A stretch of DNA of 50,584 nucleotides, filler included, from Stramenopiles sp. TOSAG23-2 (GCA_900128395.1; 2 parts of 2 records of this genome joined end to end with filler, not necessarily neighbours in it); one strand, 5' to 3'. Counted from the whole stretch's first letter, positions 11,561 through 23,543 are shown. Numbers and translations are program-made. Notes: a model not told the origin generated them from the sequence alone.

Positions 11561-11966
11561 GATAATAATTTATTAATAATATATATAAAAAAAATGTTAT
11601 TTTTTAAATTTCGTCCCAATTTTGTTTTGTTTTCTTTATACGTATATATATTATGTTCTTCTACGCGTAAACAAAAAAAAAACACAATATATATATATAA
11701 AACACTATAGTAAGTAGAAGTATGATATATATATTCTATATATTTGTTTTGTTTTTTTTTCCTCCACACACCAAAAAATACAATATCAACAACAACAAAT
11801 TCATTCCTACAATTTAGAGTTTTTGTCGTTAAATTACAGTTAAATACATATATAAATATTCATTTCTTGTATTATTATGTACCTTATGCCGCGGTATGCA
11901 TGATGTTTGCCTGCTAAGGCCTGGTTTGGCCGAGAGGAGAATTTAGCTAGATGATTTTATGGTGCT

Positions 11967-12049
11967 GAGAATTTTAACTCTATTCACTATGGGGAGAATT
12001 TTAACTCTATTCACTATGGGGAGAATTTTAACTCTATTCACTATATGGG
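11967..12049. repeat. 27-bp tandem repeat x3
   Basis: GAGAATTTTAACTCTATTCACTATGGG at 11967, 11994 and 12021 (third copy has an AT insertion near its end). Confidence 0.9.
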
Positions 12050-12372
12050 AAAAAATATATTTATTTATATTTAGTTAAAATATATATCAATTTTGTTGTT
12101 GTTTTGTTTTGCGGATATTTCGTATTTCGTAGCTTACTCATCAGGAAACCTAGAGAGGATCCGAAACCCGTATACTGGAATTTATTATATTTGCACATTT
12201 GGGAATTTGGGAATTATCGAAGAAACACAGGAGCACAGCAGCAGCATCGCAGCAGAATTCCTCGTAGAATCCAAAATTATTACATTGTAATAGGTGCATA
12301 TATTAGTATACAAATCTACATACTTAATGTGTGTTATTGGTGGTGAATATAATAAATATGCATATCTTAATA

Positions 12373-12936
12373 TATCCTCTCGTCGGATAAATTGCCCCAT
12401 GGGGCAATTTAAGGGATTTATTTTTATAAACCTACGATCTCCGTAACTACTGATTTTTACACCAATTTGACCACATAAATCGATTCTACACATAAAAAAC
12501 TTTTATATACATATCTCAAACATATAAATCAGACAAGTAGAATTTGAATTACAAGCTCATGAATATGTGCTAAAATCCATAAAATGTCATATTACAATAC
12601 TTCAAGTAACGTTCATTACATTTAAAGTGGTGTAATCATATTAAACTGATTAAACGATCTTTTGTATTTTTGTCATATTTTTGGTATCTTTTTCATGATA
12701 TATTTATAACGTATTATAATAGGATTTTACTATTCGGCGAATATTTTCCTAGATATAGCTATGTTTTCCTTCGTATACTAAAAGTATAAAATACACAATT
12801 TACTATCAAAAATAAAGGGTTAACTGATGCTGTGTTCATGTACATTTTAACACCAACACATCACTACTGTAATGCTATTTACTTGTTCCTTAAATTGCCC
12901 CGAGGGGCAATTTAGCGTTTTTCCGACGAGAGGATA
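12373..12936. mobile_element. MITE-like non-autonomous TIR element (~560 bp) with subterminal palindromes
   Basis: Left end TATCCTCTCGTCGGA-TAAATTGCCCCATGGGGCAATTTAAGG; reverse complement of right end TATCCTCTCGTCGGA-AAAACGC-TAAATTGCCCCTCGGGGCAATTTAAGG. AT-rich non-coding interior. Confidence 0.75.
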
Positions 12937-13149
12937 ATATCTTGAATATATATGTGCATGCATGTATCAGAAGCCGATGTAGTAGGAAAAATATATAATA
13001 CAATATCGAGATATAGATCGAGATATATATATATACACACATATATTTAGAAGCAATTGGACGCACCTACGTATATTATATCGTATTGCTATTAATCCAT
13101 TTACATTTGTAACAACAGCAACAACAAATAATAATAAACAAAAAAAAAT

Positions 13150-14097
13150 ATGAGACAACGAAGAAATATTAATCCAAGTGATTCGACTTCTTCGAATAAT
13201 AATAATGCAGCATCTGATGAAACAGAAGCATCTAGGACTATTGGTAAATTTTTACCACAACAAAGGTCCGTGCTATTTGTAATTGTTCTAGCATTTGTTG
13301 GATTATATATTGGTGGTTGGGCTAATCCACCGGTAACAGTCACGCCAGAAGTTGATTCGAACTATAATATGGATTTAATTAAAGCAGATAATGTGAATGG
13401 TTTGCATGAAGCAAGGGAAGATGTTATGCGTCAGAAACAAAATGTCTATAAAGCTAGTGGTTGGTTTTCGTGTGATGCTGCATGCCAAAGTGCAAAAGCA
13501 CGACTGAATACAGCCGTACAAACATTGAAACCGTTGGAAGATGAGCGATATGCCATAATCAAAGCAGCAAAACATGAAGTAGGGGTTTGGTCTAAATATG
13601 GCGTTGATGAGACACGTGAAAAGTTTTGGGAAACATTTCAAGACGGTAAAGACTTTGCTAAACGTATGACATTTTGGGATATGATGTTTTCTATCGGTAG
13701 ACGAGATGAAAATGGTGGTGCATTTATCGCTAAATGGGTATTGCGTGTACTTATGAATTACACCATGGGGATGGTTTATACTTTGATATCATTCATGTTT
13801 CAATTATTTGGTATTGTTAGAAGTTATACACCAAATTTTGCTAGTGGTTTGGTATTTTATTTGATTGCTGTATTTTCAGCATTATCCATTATTGGTGCAT
13901 TTTTATTTCTATTATACGCAACATGCATTGGTGGATTTTATATGTTGGCAAAGAATGCAAGACCAATGCCTCGTCATGGTGGTGGCAATCGTGCTTTTCA
14001 ACAAAGACAAAGGGTTCAATATTCATCAAGACCAGATAATAATGGTAGACAACAACAATATAATCAACCACGCCAGGATTTTGGAGACATGGATTGA
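13150..14097 (+). CDS. Multi-pass membrane protein of unknown function
   Basis: 315-aa ATG ORF with one N-terminal and 2-3 C-terminal hydrophobic helices, WFSCDAACQ motif and a Gln/Arg-rich tail. Confidence 0.8.
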   Translation: MRQRRNINPSDSTSSNNNNAASDETEASRTIGKFLPQQRSVLFVIVLAFVGLYIGGWANPPVTVTPEVDSNYNMDLIKADNVNGLHEAREDVMRQKQNVYKASGWFSCDAACQSAKARLNTAVQTLKPLEDERYAIIKAAKHEVGVWSKYGVDETREKFWETFQDGKDFAKRMTFWDMMFSIGRRDENGGAFIAKWVLRVLMNYTMGMVYTLISFMFQLFGIVRSYTPNFASGLVFYLIAVFSALSIIGAFLFLLYATCIGGFYMLAKNARPMPRHGGGNRAFQQRQRVQYSSRPDNNGRQQQYNQPRQDFGDMD

Positions 14098-14820
14098 TTA
14101 TAGTTTAAATGGTTGTTCGGTTGATCTTCTATTAATCCTATCGTATATATGTATGATAGTAGAAAGAGAGAGAGAGAGAGAGAGAGAGATACTACGCGCA
14201 CGCGCACTCTCTATACTTTTTTATGTTACAAATTACGAGAGTTCGTACATACGCGAAGTATATATGTATAATACTTCGTACATGAATATACAAATATGAT
14301 TTTGCTCTCCCAACAACACACAGATATAAAAATATAACATAAAGTTTATGTTTTCTAATTTTATTTTTAATATATATATTATATATCATATATATTATCA
14401 TAGATCTAAAGATTTTTATTTTATTATTTTTTTTTTTTTTTAAATATTAAAAAAAATGTAAAACTACTTTCTCTCTCTACTCTACCAATTATATGTGCGG
14501 GCAAGAATCTTTTTACAAATTTTTTTAAATCTTTTTTTTTCATTTTTTTAAAAATATACTCGTACATCATAACATATTTTTTTGAAATAATTTAATTAAT
14601 GAATGTATATCTGAATCACAGACAGAGGAACAATCTTTTGAATACTAAATAATTTTTACTAAAACTTTATAAAAATCATTTTTGATTTGAGATGTTAATG
14701 AACGGGAGCAAAAGAAATTTATATATGATATAATAATATGAGTAAGAGAACATTTTATAATATATATATACATGAATATAAAAACACACACACAGACATC
14801 ACAATAATATTCCAAATTTT

Positions 14821-15022
14821 TTACAACATAACAGTCGTTGCTTGTCTTCTTAACGATTTCTTTTTTTTTGGTTCTGGTGGTGGTTCATCATCAAGATCAA
14901 GCATAGTAGCAAACTCTTGACCAAAATCCTCATCCTCCTCTTCCATCAACATACCACCAAGTAAATCATCAAGATCTTCTAAGTGTACCTCTTCTTCAAT
15001 TTCTGGTTGTTTCTCATCTTTG
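14821..15022 (-). other. Orphan coding-like terminal exon (acidic, then PPPEPKKKK)
   Basis: After ttatgTAG it reads KDEKQPEIEEEVHLEDLDDLLGGMLMEEEDEDFGQEFATMLDLDDEPPPEPKKKKSLRRQATTVML*. No compatible upstream exon was found. Confidence 0.45.
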
Positions 15023-15208
15023 CTACATAATTAAAATAATTGTTTTAATATTGATTAATGTAATGGGATTGTTTGATTCAAATGACACATCGTTATTTAG
15101 AAACTAGCATATCGTTATTTAGAAACTAGCAAAAACAAACGTTTCATCAACCACGCAATAATAATAACAAAATTTAATAAAGCAAGTAAGAAAAAAAAAA
15201 AAGGGAGG

Positions 15209-15781
15209 ATGTTATCGTTGCAACAGCAAGTATTGTCGGTACGTGATGAAATTACGGAAAAACATCAAATTGCATTAGATGCAATTGCTGAGGAAGCTGG
15301 TAATTCCAGCACAGGGCGTGTCAGATTAAAGGAAGCATTGGAAACGGAAATGAGGGCACGTATGGCAGCTGAACGGCAAATTAAAGATTTGCGTCAAATT
15401 GTTACGCAGCATGATGAACGAGCTGATAGAGAAAGGGTAATATTAGGTAAACAATTAGAACAGGTTGAACTCGCACGTGCCTCATTGCAAGCAAGGGTAG
15501 ATAAAGCAGAACAAGAAATACGAGCATTGAAACAATATATAGGAATTGAAGATTATTCACCAGCACGGAAAAGTCCACCAAAATATAAAAATAGTAAGTT
15601 TATAATCTCATATATATATAAATATGTCATACAATTTCTCTAACACAAATTATATTTATGTTATATAATGTGCAAAACAGTGCCACCTGTTAATATGAGA
15701 AAAAGTGCATCCTTTCGTGGTGGGAGTCCTAGAGGCAATGGAATACGTAATCAAAGCAGGTTAAAGAATAATAAATTTTAG
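15209..15781 (+). CDS. Coiled-coil protein; intron 15594-15680
   Basis: Heptad-rich ORF. A GTAAGT...AAACAG intron extends the frame to ...MPPVNMRKSASFRGGSPRGNGIRNQSRLKNNKF*. Confidence 0.72.
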
Positions 15782-16078
15782 AGTGCCTTTTTTTAACATC
15801 GTACAAAAAAAAAAAATTAAAACAAGAAGAAGATGATGTGTATAATGTTTAAAAATGTGATATTTTAGTTATCACACATGTAATAGTTCGTGGCATTACC
15901 CGGGGATTTGAAAAATGAAAAAAATTAAAAGTGTACGCTCTACTTTATTAAATTACATTTATCTTATATCTCATATATCATAGTTTTTAAACTCTGAAAA
16001 AAATTATTTTATCATACACAACGGGCGCATGTTTTAAAACATTAAAATATTATCATTTACTCGTATATTTTTTATCTT

Positions 16079-17271
16079 TTAAACACTTTTCTCCCTCTTA
16101 TACACTAAACAATTGCCATTTTTACACCCTAATGCAATTGCATCATTATTTTCACCACCAATCGTTATAGCTGTAATAGGCTCTTCACTAACTTTATATG
16201 CCCATGATTGACTTAATACTCCGGCATTACCACTGCCAGCACCACTTTTCCACAATCTTAAATAACCATCAGCACCACCAGACAATATATTCATGCCTGC
16301 ACATGCTGTTAAACATAATGTTGGTTGCGCAGTTGGAATAGAAAATAGGACGGACCATCCAGATTCTTCATCATGTATATTCATTTCGCTTTCCGATGCA
16401 CAAACAAATCTATTACTTGAGCACCATTTCACATCTGCAATTGGGCTATCATTTTCAAACAACGCTAATGCTGGACTGCCATCTCCATCTTGAAGATCAT
16501 TAACCGCTAATGTGCCATCATTTCCACCAGATACAAATAAATTGCCATACATTGCAACACAATTCACTTCCGCATCGTGATCATATGCCGTGTAAATTGG
16601 TGTCGTGTTAATGCCACTTGATATTAATTCCCAAATCTTCACCGTTGAATCCCATGAACCACTACATATATATTTCCCATTTGATTCATTCGTAGTTAAA
16701 CAAGACACGGCATCGTCATGTGCATCATTTAATTGCTGTATCATCAAACCCATTTCAACTGAATATACATAAATATTATTATCCCAACTACCTGCTACTA
16801 CTACTGGTACTTTATTATTTTCAACAGTAATTTCGCAACAGGATGACAAAGACAAGGAGCTTAATCGTATACTTCTACGTTGTGACCATCCTTTTTCCCT
16901 ATTAAATTCATGTAATTTTAAAGTTGTATCTTCCGACGTGGTAAATACAGATACCGTATTAGTATTACCAATACTTATTGTTGAGCTGCTACTATTACTA
17001 CTATTCGGTTTATTATTATTTCTGTTACTACTATTTTCTCCAATCCTTACACATGTAATCGCACTTCGATGATATTGTTTAAATGCAAATATTGATTTTG
17101 GATTGGTTGTATTTTCTAATTTTTTACCTAATTCTTCAATAACATATACATTGACTGTAGTAGGTAACATCGATACCGACGAAGAAGAATTGCGTTTATC
17201 TACATTTAAATTACTATTACCTGATATTTTACTTGTTGTGGAATTGCTTTTAATATCATTATTTGAAGTAA

Positions 17272-17302
<31 letters not shown>

Positions 17303-19636
17303 GGTATTCGATGATGTTGTAGTTTGAAATGGATTTCCAAATGGATTTCCTTTCCCAAACTTTGGTTCCTTATTCACATTAGTATTATTATCAATAGTGA
17401 TGGGATTGTTCATTCGTTTGTGATTATCATCCGCTGATATATTATTCCTCATGCTGCTACCTGTTGTTGATGATGATAACGGCGCTTCTATCTTTGGTAC
17501 AGGCATTGGTGGTGGCACAATTTTCTTTGATGGGGGAATTGCATCATATGCTGGTGGTGGTATCGGTTCTTGTTGTTGTTGTTGATTTGAATTATATGCT
17601 GGCGGTGATGGTTGATTTGTCAACTTTTTTGCTGAAGAATTGTCATTATTAGTTCTTAACCCACCATCATCAATAACTATTTTCATTCCATTTCTTGCTA
17701 TATGTGGAGTTGTAAATAATTGTTTCGGTGTTTGTCCAAATTCTCTAATTTGATCTTCAATGGAAGATCTTTCGCGTGGATCAGTAACTTTTTCCAAATC
17801 AACTGCACCTTCATATGTCATATGAAAAAATAAATTATTTGCATCTATCGCTGCATCGCCTTTTTGTTTTGAACCAAATATTAAATCAATCCATTCATGT
17901 AAATGTTCAGAGACATATTCTGATTCCAGTGCATCTCTCATTTGATTTATAAAATCATTTGGATCATTTGCCCAAGGTGGTAATTCTACATCATTTACAC
18001 GGTCCCCGTTTTGACGCACACCCATCCGTAAATCTTGAAAGTTCGATAAAAACTCACCCGCACTGTAAGATGAATTGTCGTAAAATTCCGGTATAAGTTC
18101 TTTTAAATCAGCCGGATTTGTCAGCACACTATCCCATGTTTTAGGAATACTGAAAAACATTCGATCTGGCGCATCAAATGCACCATTTTGCAAGCATAGC
18201 ATATATTCAGGTGCGACGCGTACAATATAAAATAAAACATATCCAGGCGTACTATAATGCGTGCCATACATAAATGGTGGAGGTATTCCTTCTGGTAATG
18301 GCCGACCAGGCCTTGCACGTGGCATATCATCGAATCTTCGACGTATATGTTTTAAACGCTCCTCATTCAATGCACCAATAGGTTTTGAAAGGTCCCGATA
18401 TGTCTTTGGATCATTTAAATCTAATGTTTGGCTTTTATAATCTTGAACAACCCATGGAAACACTGGATATTGCGTCAGGTCATTTACTGAGCGATCTGCC
18501 ATTGTATTTAAATACATTAAATATTTATAATTATCAATTTCCCGATTTTGCCATTTTAATGTCATCGTTTGAATTTCAATTTGTTTTCGTAAACGTTCCT
18601 CGTTGCTATTATTATTATTATAACGATTCAAATTATTATTGTTCTTTCTATATTGAAAGCTATTATTGTTATTATTATTATTATGTTCACATAATACATC
18701 ATCCAATACTGCAACAATTTGATCACGTTCTGTACTAGAAGAACATTTTAAAAATATACTTTTTTTATTATTATCAAAAAAAATTTCCAAGCTTGATTGT
18801 TGCAACATATACCTACGTTTATGTATGGAATTAATATCCATAATAGGACAACGAAATACAGGTTCCCCAACATTATTTACTTGTGCAGGCTGTACATATA
18901 AATGCCTTGTTGTGATCATTAAACATCCTTGTTGTTGTACTAATGGTAATATACGATCTACATAATATACTTTTCTTAACAATGGCCGTTCCGTAAAATC
19001 AACTAATAAACTATTATCAAATTTTTCTGGAATACGATCATTCAACAATGCTCCTAATATCGATCGTTCTTCCCAACGTGTTCTGCTTTTTTGACTAGTA
19101 CTCCATAAAAATTGTAAATTTTCAAAAATTTGATCTACTTGTGTATGAACCAATGAAAATAGACTTTCAAGCGCTCCGTCACTATTATTATTATTATTAT
19201 TATTATCACCACTATTTGCTTCCCGTCTAATATATGGTGCATGGACTCCATCTTCCCTCATTTCAGTGAGACGGCTAGATTTGACTGTGAATATATCATT
19301 ACCAAGTTCTTGACCAGAGTTATCTCGTCCACGTGTATATATTTTTGGTGGTGAATCTTTCATATTTTTAAAACTATATCGCGTCAACGGAATGGAAATA
19401 TCATCTGGTTCAAACATAATGGATTTAGTGCATATTTTTAAACGGCCCTTAATCCTTCTAGAAGCTAATCTTCTTAAATCTAACAACATATTGTTATTGT
19501 TACCATTGTTATTGAATTTATCTCTTGGATTAATATTACACATGAATGCTGAATAATCATCTAAAAAAAATTCACCATCTTCTAATAATAATAAATCAAA
19601 TCTACCACGAGAATCACGTGTTTTTTTCGTAAACAT
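16079..19636 (-). CDS. Protein FAN (NSMAF)-like: GRAM/PH + BEACH + WD40 repeats
   Basis: N-terminal RFDLLLLEDGEFF; BEACH motifs YLMYLNTMADRSVNDLTQYPVFPWV, YGTHYSTPGYV, KELIPEFY, VELPPWA, EWIDLIFG, FGQTPKQLF; WD40 motifs GSWDNNI, SGSWDSTVKIW. Confidence 0.93.
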
Positions 19637-19952
19637 TGTTGTAATATCTATATCTGTGTATCTATATGTGTATATATGTATATAGATAGATATATTTATA
19701 GATAGATACGAAGAATAGATGTATATCCCAAGTCTGTGTAGATGAGATGAACATTTGTTGTTGTCGTTATATATATTTGTTTATTCAAAATATGATTTGT
19801 TGTTGCACGTGCATTTTTATGGACAGCTTGGCTCTTCCCCCTATCAAATGACAGGTGCTGTACTTAAAAGGTAAATTAGAATACAAGTATGTCTATTACG
19901 ATATCAATAGGCTTGGTATAGAATATTTCATCTTCCAATGCATATATCTGTT

Positions 19953-20531
19953 TTAATCTCCCACATGTATAAACAAAATTAGATTCTTTCCTAATTTTTT
20001 CCAAAAAAGCCATTTGGCTTTCTTCACTTTCTTCTTCTTCATATTTTTCTCTACATGCATATAATATTTTACATATGCCTCTGATAGTGATTTGCTCATG
20101 TTGCAATATGTGTGCCCACCACTTTTCATGCCATAGGGTGGGTCACTGAATACAATATGTGCATTACCATTAGCAACAGTATCTAACTCATCATATGCTG
20201 TTAAAAATGGAAACGGTGCGTAGATATCAATGAAGATTCTATAATTATATCCTGATAGGATATAAATGATTCTTGGATCAATATAATGCAAAGTTGCTGT
20301 AGAAACACGATGCCCGAAAATACGTTGCACTTTTCCTAATGCAAATTTCATTGCTTCCAATGGTGTAGAATCATTTATTTTATTTCTTGTAAATTGTTCA
20401 AATGTTGATGTAGCTAATACATGTCGAAAATGTCTCATTTCAAAACCATTCAACCAATTGTTTATAGAGTTGTTTACTCCCAGATCGTTGCCAAATAATG
20501 CATAATTATCCGGGGATACTCCAATGAGCTC
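19953..20531 (-). pseudogene. 5'-truncated topoisomerase IB/tyrosine-recombinase catalytic C-terminus in frame with a DPPY amino-methyltransferase fragment
   Basis: Open frame 20531-19953: LF...NNWLNGFEMRHFRHVLAT...VQRIFGHRVSTATLHYIDPRII (His-x8-Tyr), followed by AHIVFSDPPYG. Confidence 0.6.
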
Positions 20532-21383
20532 TTATGGGAATATTTCAAGACGAAAAATATGGGATTTTTGGAAGAATTAGTATGTAAAATGAGTTCAAAG
20601 GAAGTAACTGAAACACAAGTACAGGACTATTATAACAATTTAAAACCATTCGAATAATAATAATATATTTTACTAAAGCTTCCAGCTCGTTTATTTTTAT
20701 TTTATCTAGTTTCTTTTCCAGTCTTTATTGAGTATATTTGCTTGGTGTAAATTGAAATTACAACACCATTCACTCACATAATCAGTCATCAGATCTTTAA
20801 TATATTTATCTGCCATGTTATAATTGCTTGATTTTTTTGTTTGTTCAATGTCATATATATATCCATCTAATTGATTATCCTCATGATTCATTTCTTGCTC
20901 AATTTATTGAAGTAATTGAATTCACCTATTTCACAATCAGTACAAATGTGAAGAATGTGACCGAATGCGGAATACATGGACGAAGGCTGGTTAATGACAC
21001 TGGGTCGGCATTGCTAAACATGATATCATTTTTGTGGCATGTCGACCTAGAATTAGACAATGATGATTAATATATAACACCGAAAATTGTAGATAATGTA
21101 TTGTAGCTACTGTAATGCTATGGCCATGTATTTTACAATTTTCATGTTCGAAATAGGTTAAAATCCAAAAGAAGAAGAAGAAAATTTTCGAAGTTACCTG
21201 GTAAAGTGCATATCTTGTATTGTATATGGTTGCTAAGAATTATTGTAATGTAAATAAGTATAATAGATATACAACATAGATAGAATCTTTTCACATCCAC
21301 ACAATGTATATAAGGGATATATATATGTATATATAGACACACATGTAAACAGATAATAATAATAATAATTATTAATAAAAACG

Positions 21384-22364
21384 ATGTCACGAATATCATG
21401 GTTTCCTGGCCATATGAAAAAAGCAACACGATTGATTGAAGAGAAACTCAAATTAGCAGATGCAGTCATTGAAGTTCGTGATGCTAGAATACCAATATCT
21501 TCTATTAATCCAACTTTTAATGAGTTAATTGAAAAATATAAACGTCCAAAATTAGTAATTATAAATAAATCAGATTTGATTAATGTTCAAGACCGAAAGT
21601 GGGTCAAAGATTATATATGTAAAACAGAAGTCACGGATGATGTCATATTTACCTCGGCAAAGAAAAATAAAAAGAAAATTGTAAATAATATTAAAAAAAC
21701 ACTTGTAAAAAATACAACATTTAGTAATAAAAAAAAAAAATTCAAACACTCTGGAACTATGGTTATGGTAGTTGGTATGCCAAACGTAGGTAAATCATCA
21801 ATTATCAACTTAATGAGAACATCGATGAACAGTGGTTATAATGCAATTACAAATATGGAGAATAGAAGAAGAAGAAACGCATCATTGTCCAAAAAAAAAA
21901 GACGTTCGCATGTTGCAAAAACTGGTGCAAAACCCGGATTGACTAGACACGTAGCACCAATACAAATTACAACTGATCCAAATATCTTTTTATTTGATAC
22001 ACCAGGTGTTATGATACCTCGTATTGAATCAGATGAAATTGGATTTAATTTAGCATTAGCAAATGTTTTACCAGAAAAAATTGTTGAGAAAGAATTACTT
22101 GCTGAACATTTATTATCTATTATGAATGATAGAATGGCAAATAATAATAATAATAACAAAGATCATCCACAATATATTAAAGCATTGAAATTACCAATGA
22201 ACAAACCAATATATGATATTAATGAATTATTAGATATTGTTGGTAATAATATTGGACGTCCAAGTGATACAACTAGTGGATCATTAGATGCTGCAACATT
22301 TATTTTAAATAAATTCAATAAAGGACAATTTGGAAAATTTTTATTAGACGAACGACAATGTTGA
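21384..22364 (+). CDS. MTG1: Circularly permuted ribosome-biogenesis GTPase, RbgA/YlqF/MTG1 family
   Basis: ISWFPGHMKKA, EVRDARIPISS, NKSD (G4), GMPNVGKSS (G1), PGLTR (G2), DTPG (G3), in circularly permuted order. Confidence 0.9.
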   Translation: MSRISWFPGHMKKATRLIEEKLKLADAVIEVRDARIPISSINPTFNELIEKYKRPKLVIINKSDLINVQDRKWVKDYICKTEVTDDVIFTSAKKNKKKIVNNIKKTLVKNTTFSNKKKKFKHSGTMVMVVGMPNVGKSSIINLMRTSMNSGYNAITNMENRRRRNASLSKKKRRSHVAKTGAKPGLTRHVAPIQITTDPNIFLFDTPGVMIPRIESDEIGFNLALANVLPEKIVEKELLAEHLLSIMNDRMANNNNNNKDHPQYIKALKLPMNKPIYDINELLDIVGNNIGRPSDTTSGSLDAATFILNKFNKGQFGKFLLDERQC

Positions 22365-22557
22365 CTAGAGTAAAAGGTAGAGAGAGAGTTGTTTATGATA
22401 ACTATTTGTAAAAAAGTATATGCGTATATTAATATATTTTTTAAAGTCAAATTATTTTGTTGATCGCGAAACTCCTCACACAAGTATTTATTATGCCCTT
22501 TGAAAATCACAATATAAAATATATATATATATAGATAAAGAAAACACAAATCAAATA

Positions 22558-23445
22558 ATGAAGATTTTGTCGGCTGGTCAAAATAAAAACAATATGGGGA
22601 AAGTAAAAAAACATCTCAAGGACAAGAAGAAACGTTCCAATGCAAAAACATTGTGGCCGGGTGGATCGAATTGGCTTCCACCTGTACCACCAGGAAGAAG
22701 AGTGAAAGGAAAGTATGGTTGTGGAAAATGTCGGTGGCGTCCAACAGGTTGCAGAGGATGCAAGCAACAAAATCATTCTAATTTAAAAATATGTAAAAAA
22801 ATGATCGATGGTAATAACGATGGTAAAATTATCTATTCTCCAGAATCTTTTAAATTTTGTGATTTTGGACAACGTGGTAAAAACAAAGACAATAGAAAAT
22901 TTGGCCAACCATATAGTTTATCGGAGTATGTAGAAATTGTAAATGATGCAAGGCAATCTGATGAAAATGGATACGGTGTTGTAGCAAGAAAGCAATTGTT
23001 ACCAACTAAAGCAAAAATGAATATTGATGATGGCGATGGAAGTAACACTAATTTACGACGACGACGACGACTGTCTAATAGGTCTACCGTGAACAACAAC
23101 AATAATAGTAACAATAATTTCAACAACACTTTAATTGATGAAACTGGTATATATGTAACAAAACCATCTGTTTATGCTCAAGCACACTTACCGGAATATG
23201 CCTATATATCATGTGGTAAAAATTCATATTTTCAATTAAAAGAAGAAGTTCTTGGTCATATCAGTTTCACCTATTATTTAAATGAAGCACGTGGAGTGAA
23301 TCAAACACCGAATGTGAAATGGAAACCAATAGTAACAAACAATGGAGAAAAAAGAATCTCATGGGAAATATTACGTACCATTGAAACAGGGGAAGAATTA
23401 CTTGTGAAATATAAAGAGGAGGAGGAGGAGGAGGAGGGTTTCTAA
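22558..23445 (+). CDS. Divergent SET-domain protein with N-terminal CxxCRWxxxGCxxC motif
   Basis: GYGVVARK, YYLNEA...PNVKW and ILRTIETGEELLVKY match SET motifs GxG, NH-like and GEELxxxY. Confidence 0.65.
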   Translation: MKILSAGQNKNNMGKVKKHLKDKKKRSNAKTLWPGGSNWLPPVPPGRRVKGKYGCGKCRWRPTGCRGCKQQNHSNLKICKKMIDGNNDGKIIYSPESFKFCDFGQRGKNKDNRKFGQPYSLSEYVEIVNDARQSDENGYGVVARKQLLPTKAKMNIDDGDGSNTNLRRRRRLSNRSTVNNNNNSNNNFNNTLIDETGIYVTKPSVYAQAHLPEYAYISCGKNSYFQLKEEVLGHISFTYYLNEARGVNQTPNVKWKPIVTNNGEKRISWEILRTIETGEELLVKYKEEEEEEEGF

Positions 23446-23543
23446 ATTTTTGATTTAAATATTTAATATAAAAAAAGCAAATACACCGATAACATATATA
23501 TATATGATGCACATATCATTTTTTTATTCTCTCTTCTCTCTTT

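Noticed and set aside
11967-12049. Possible CRISPR-like array
   Set aside because: Repeats are head-to-tail with no unique spacers, there are no cas genes, and the context is eukaryotic.
14166-14188. (GA)n, (TA)n, (TATG)n microsatellites and AAT poly-Asn tracts across the window
   Set aside because: Ordinary slippage repeats of an AT-rich genome; not telomeric arrays.
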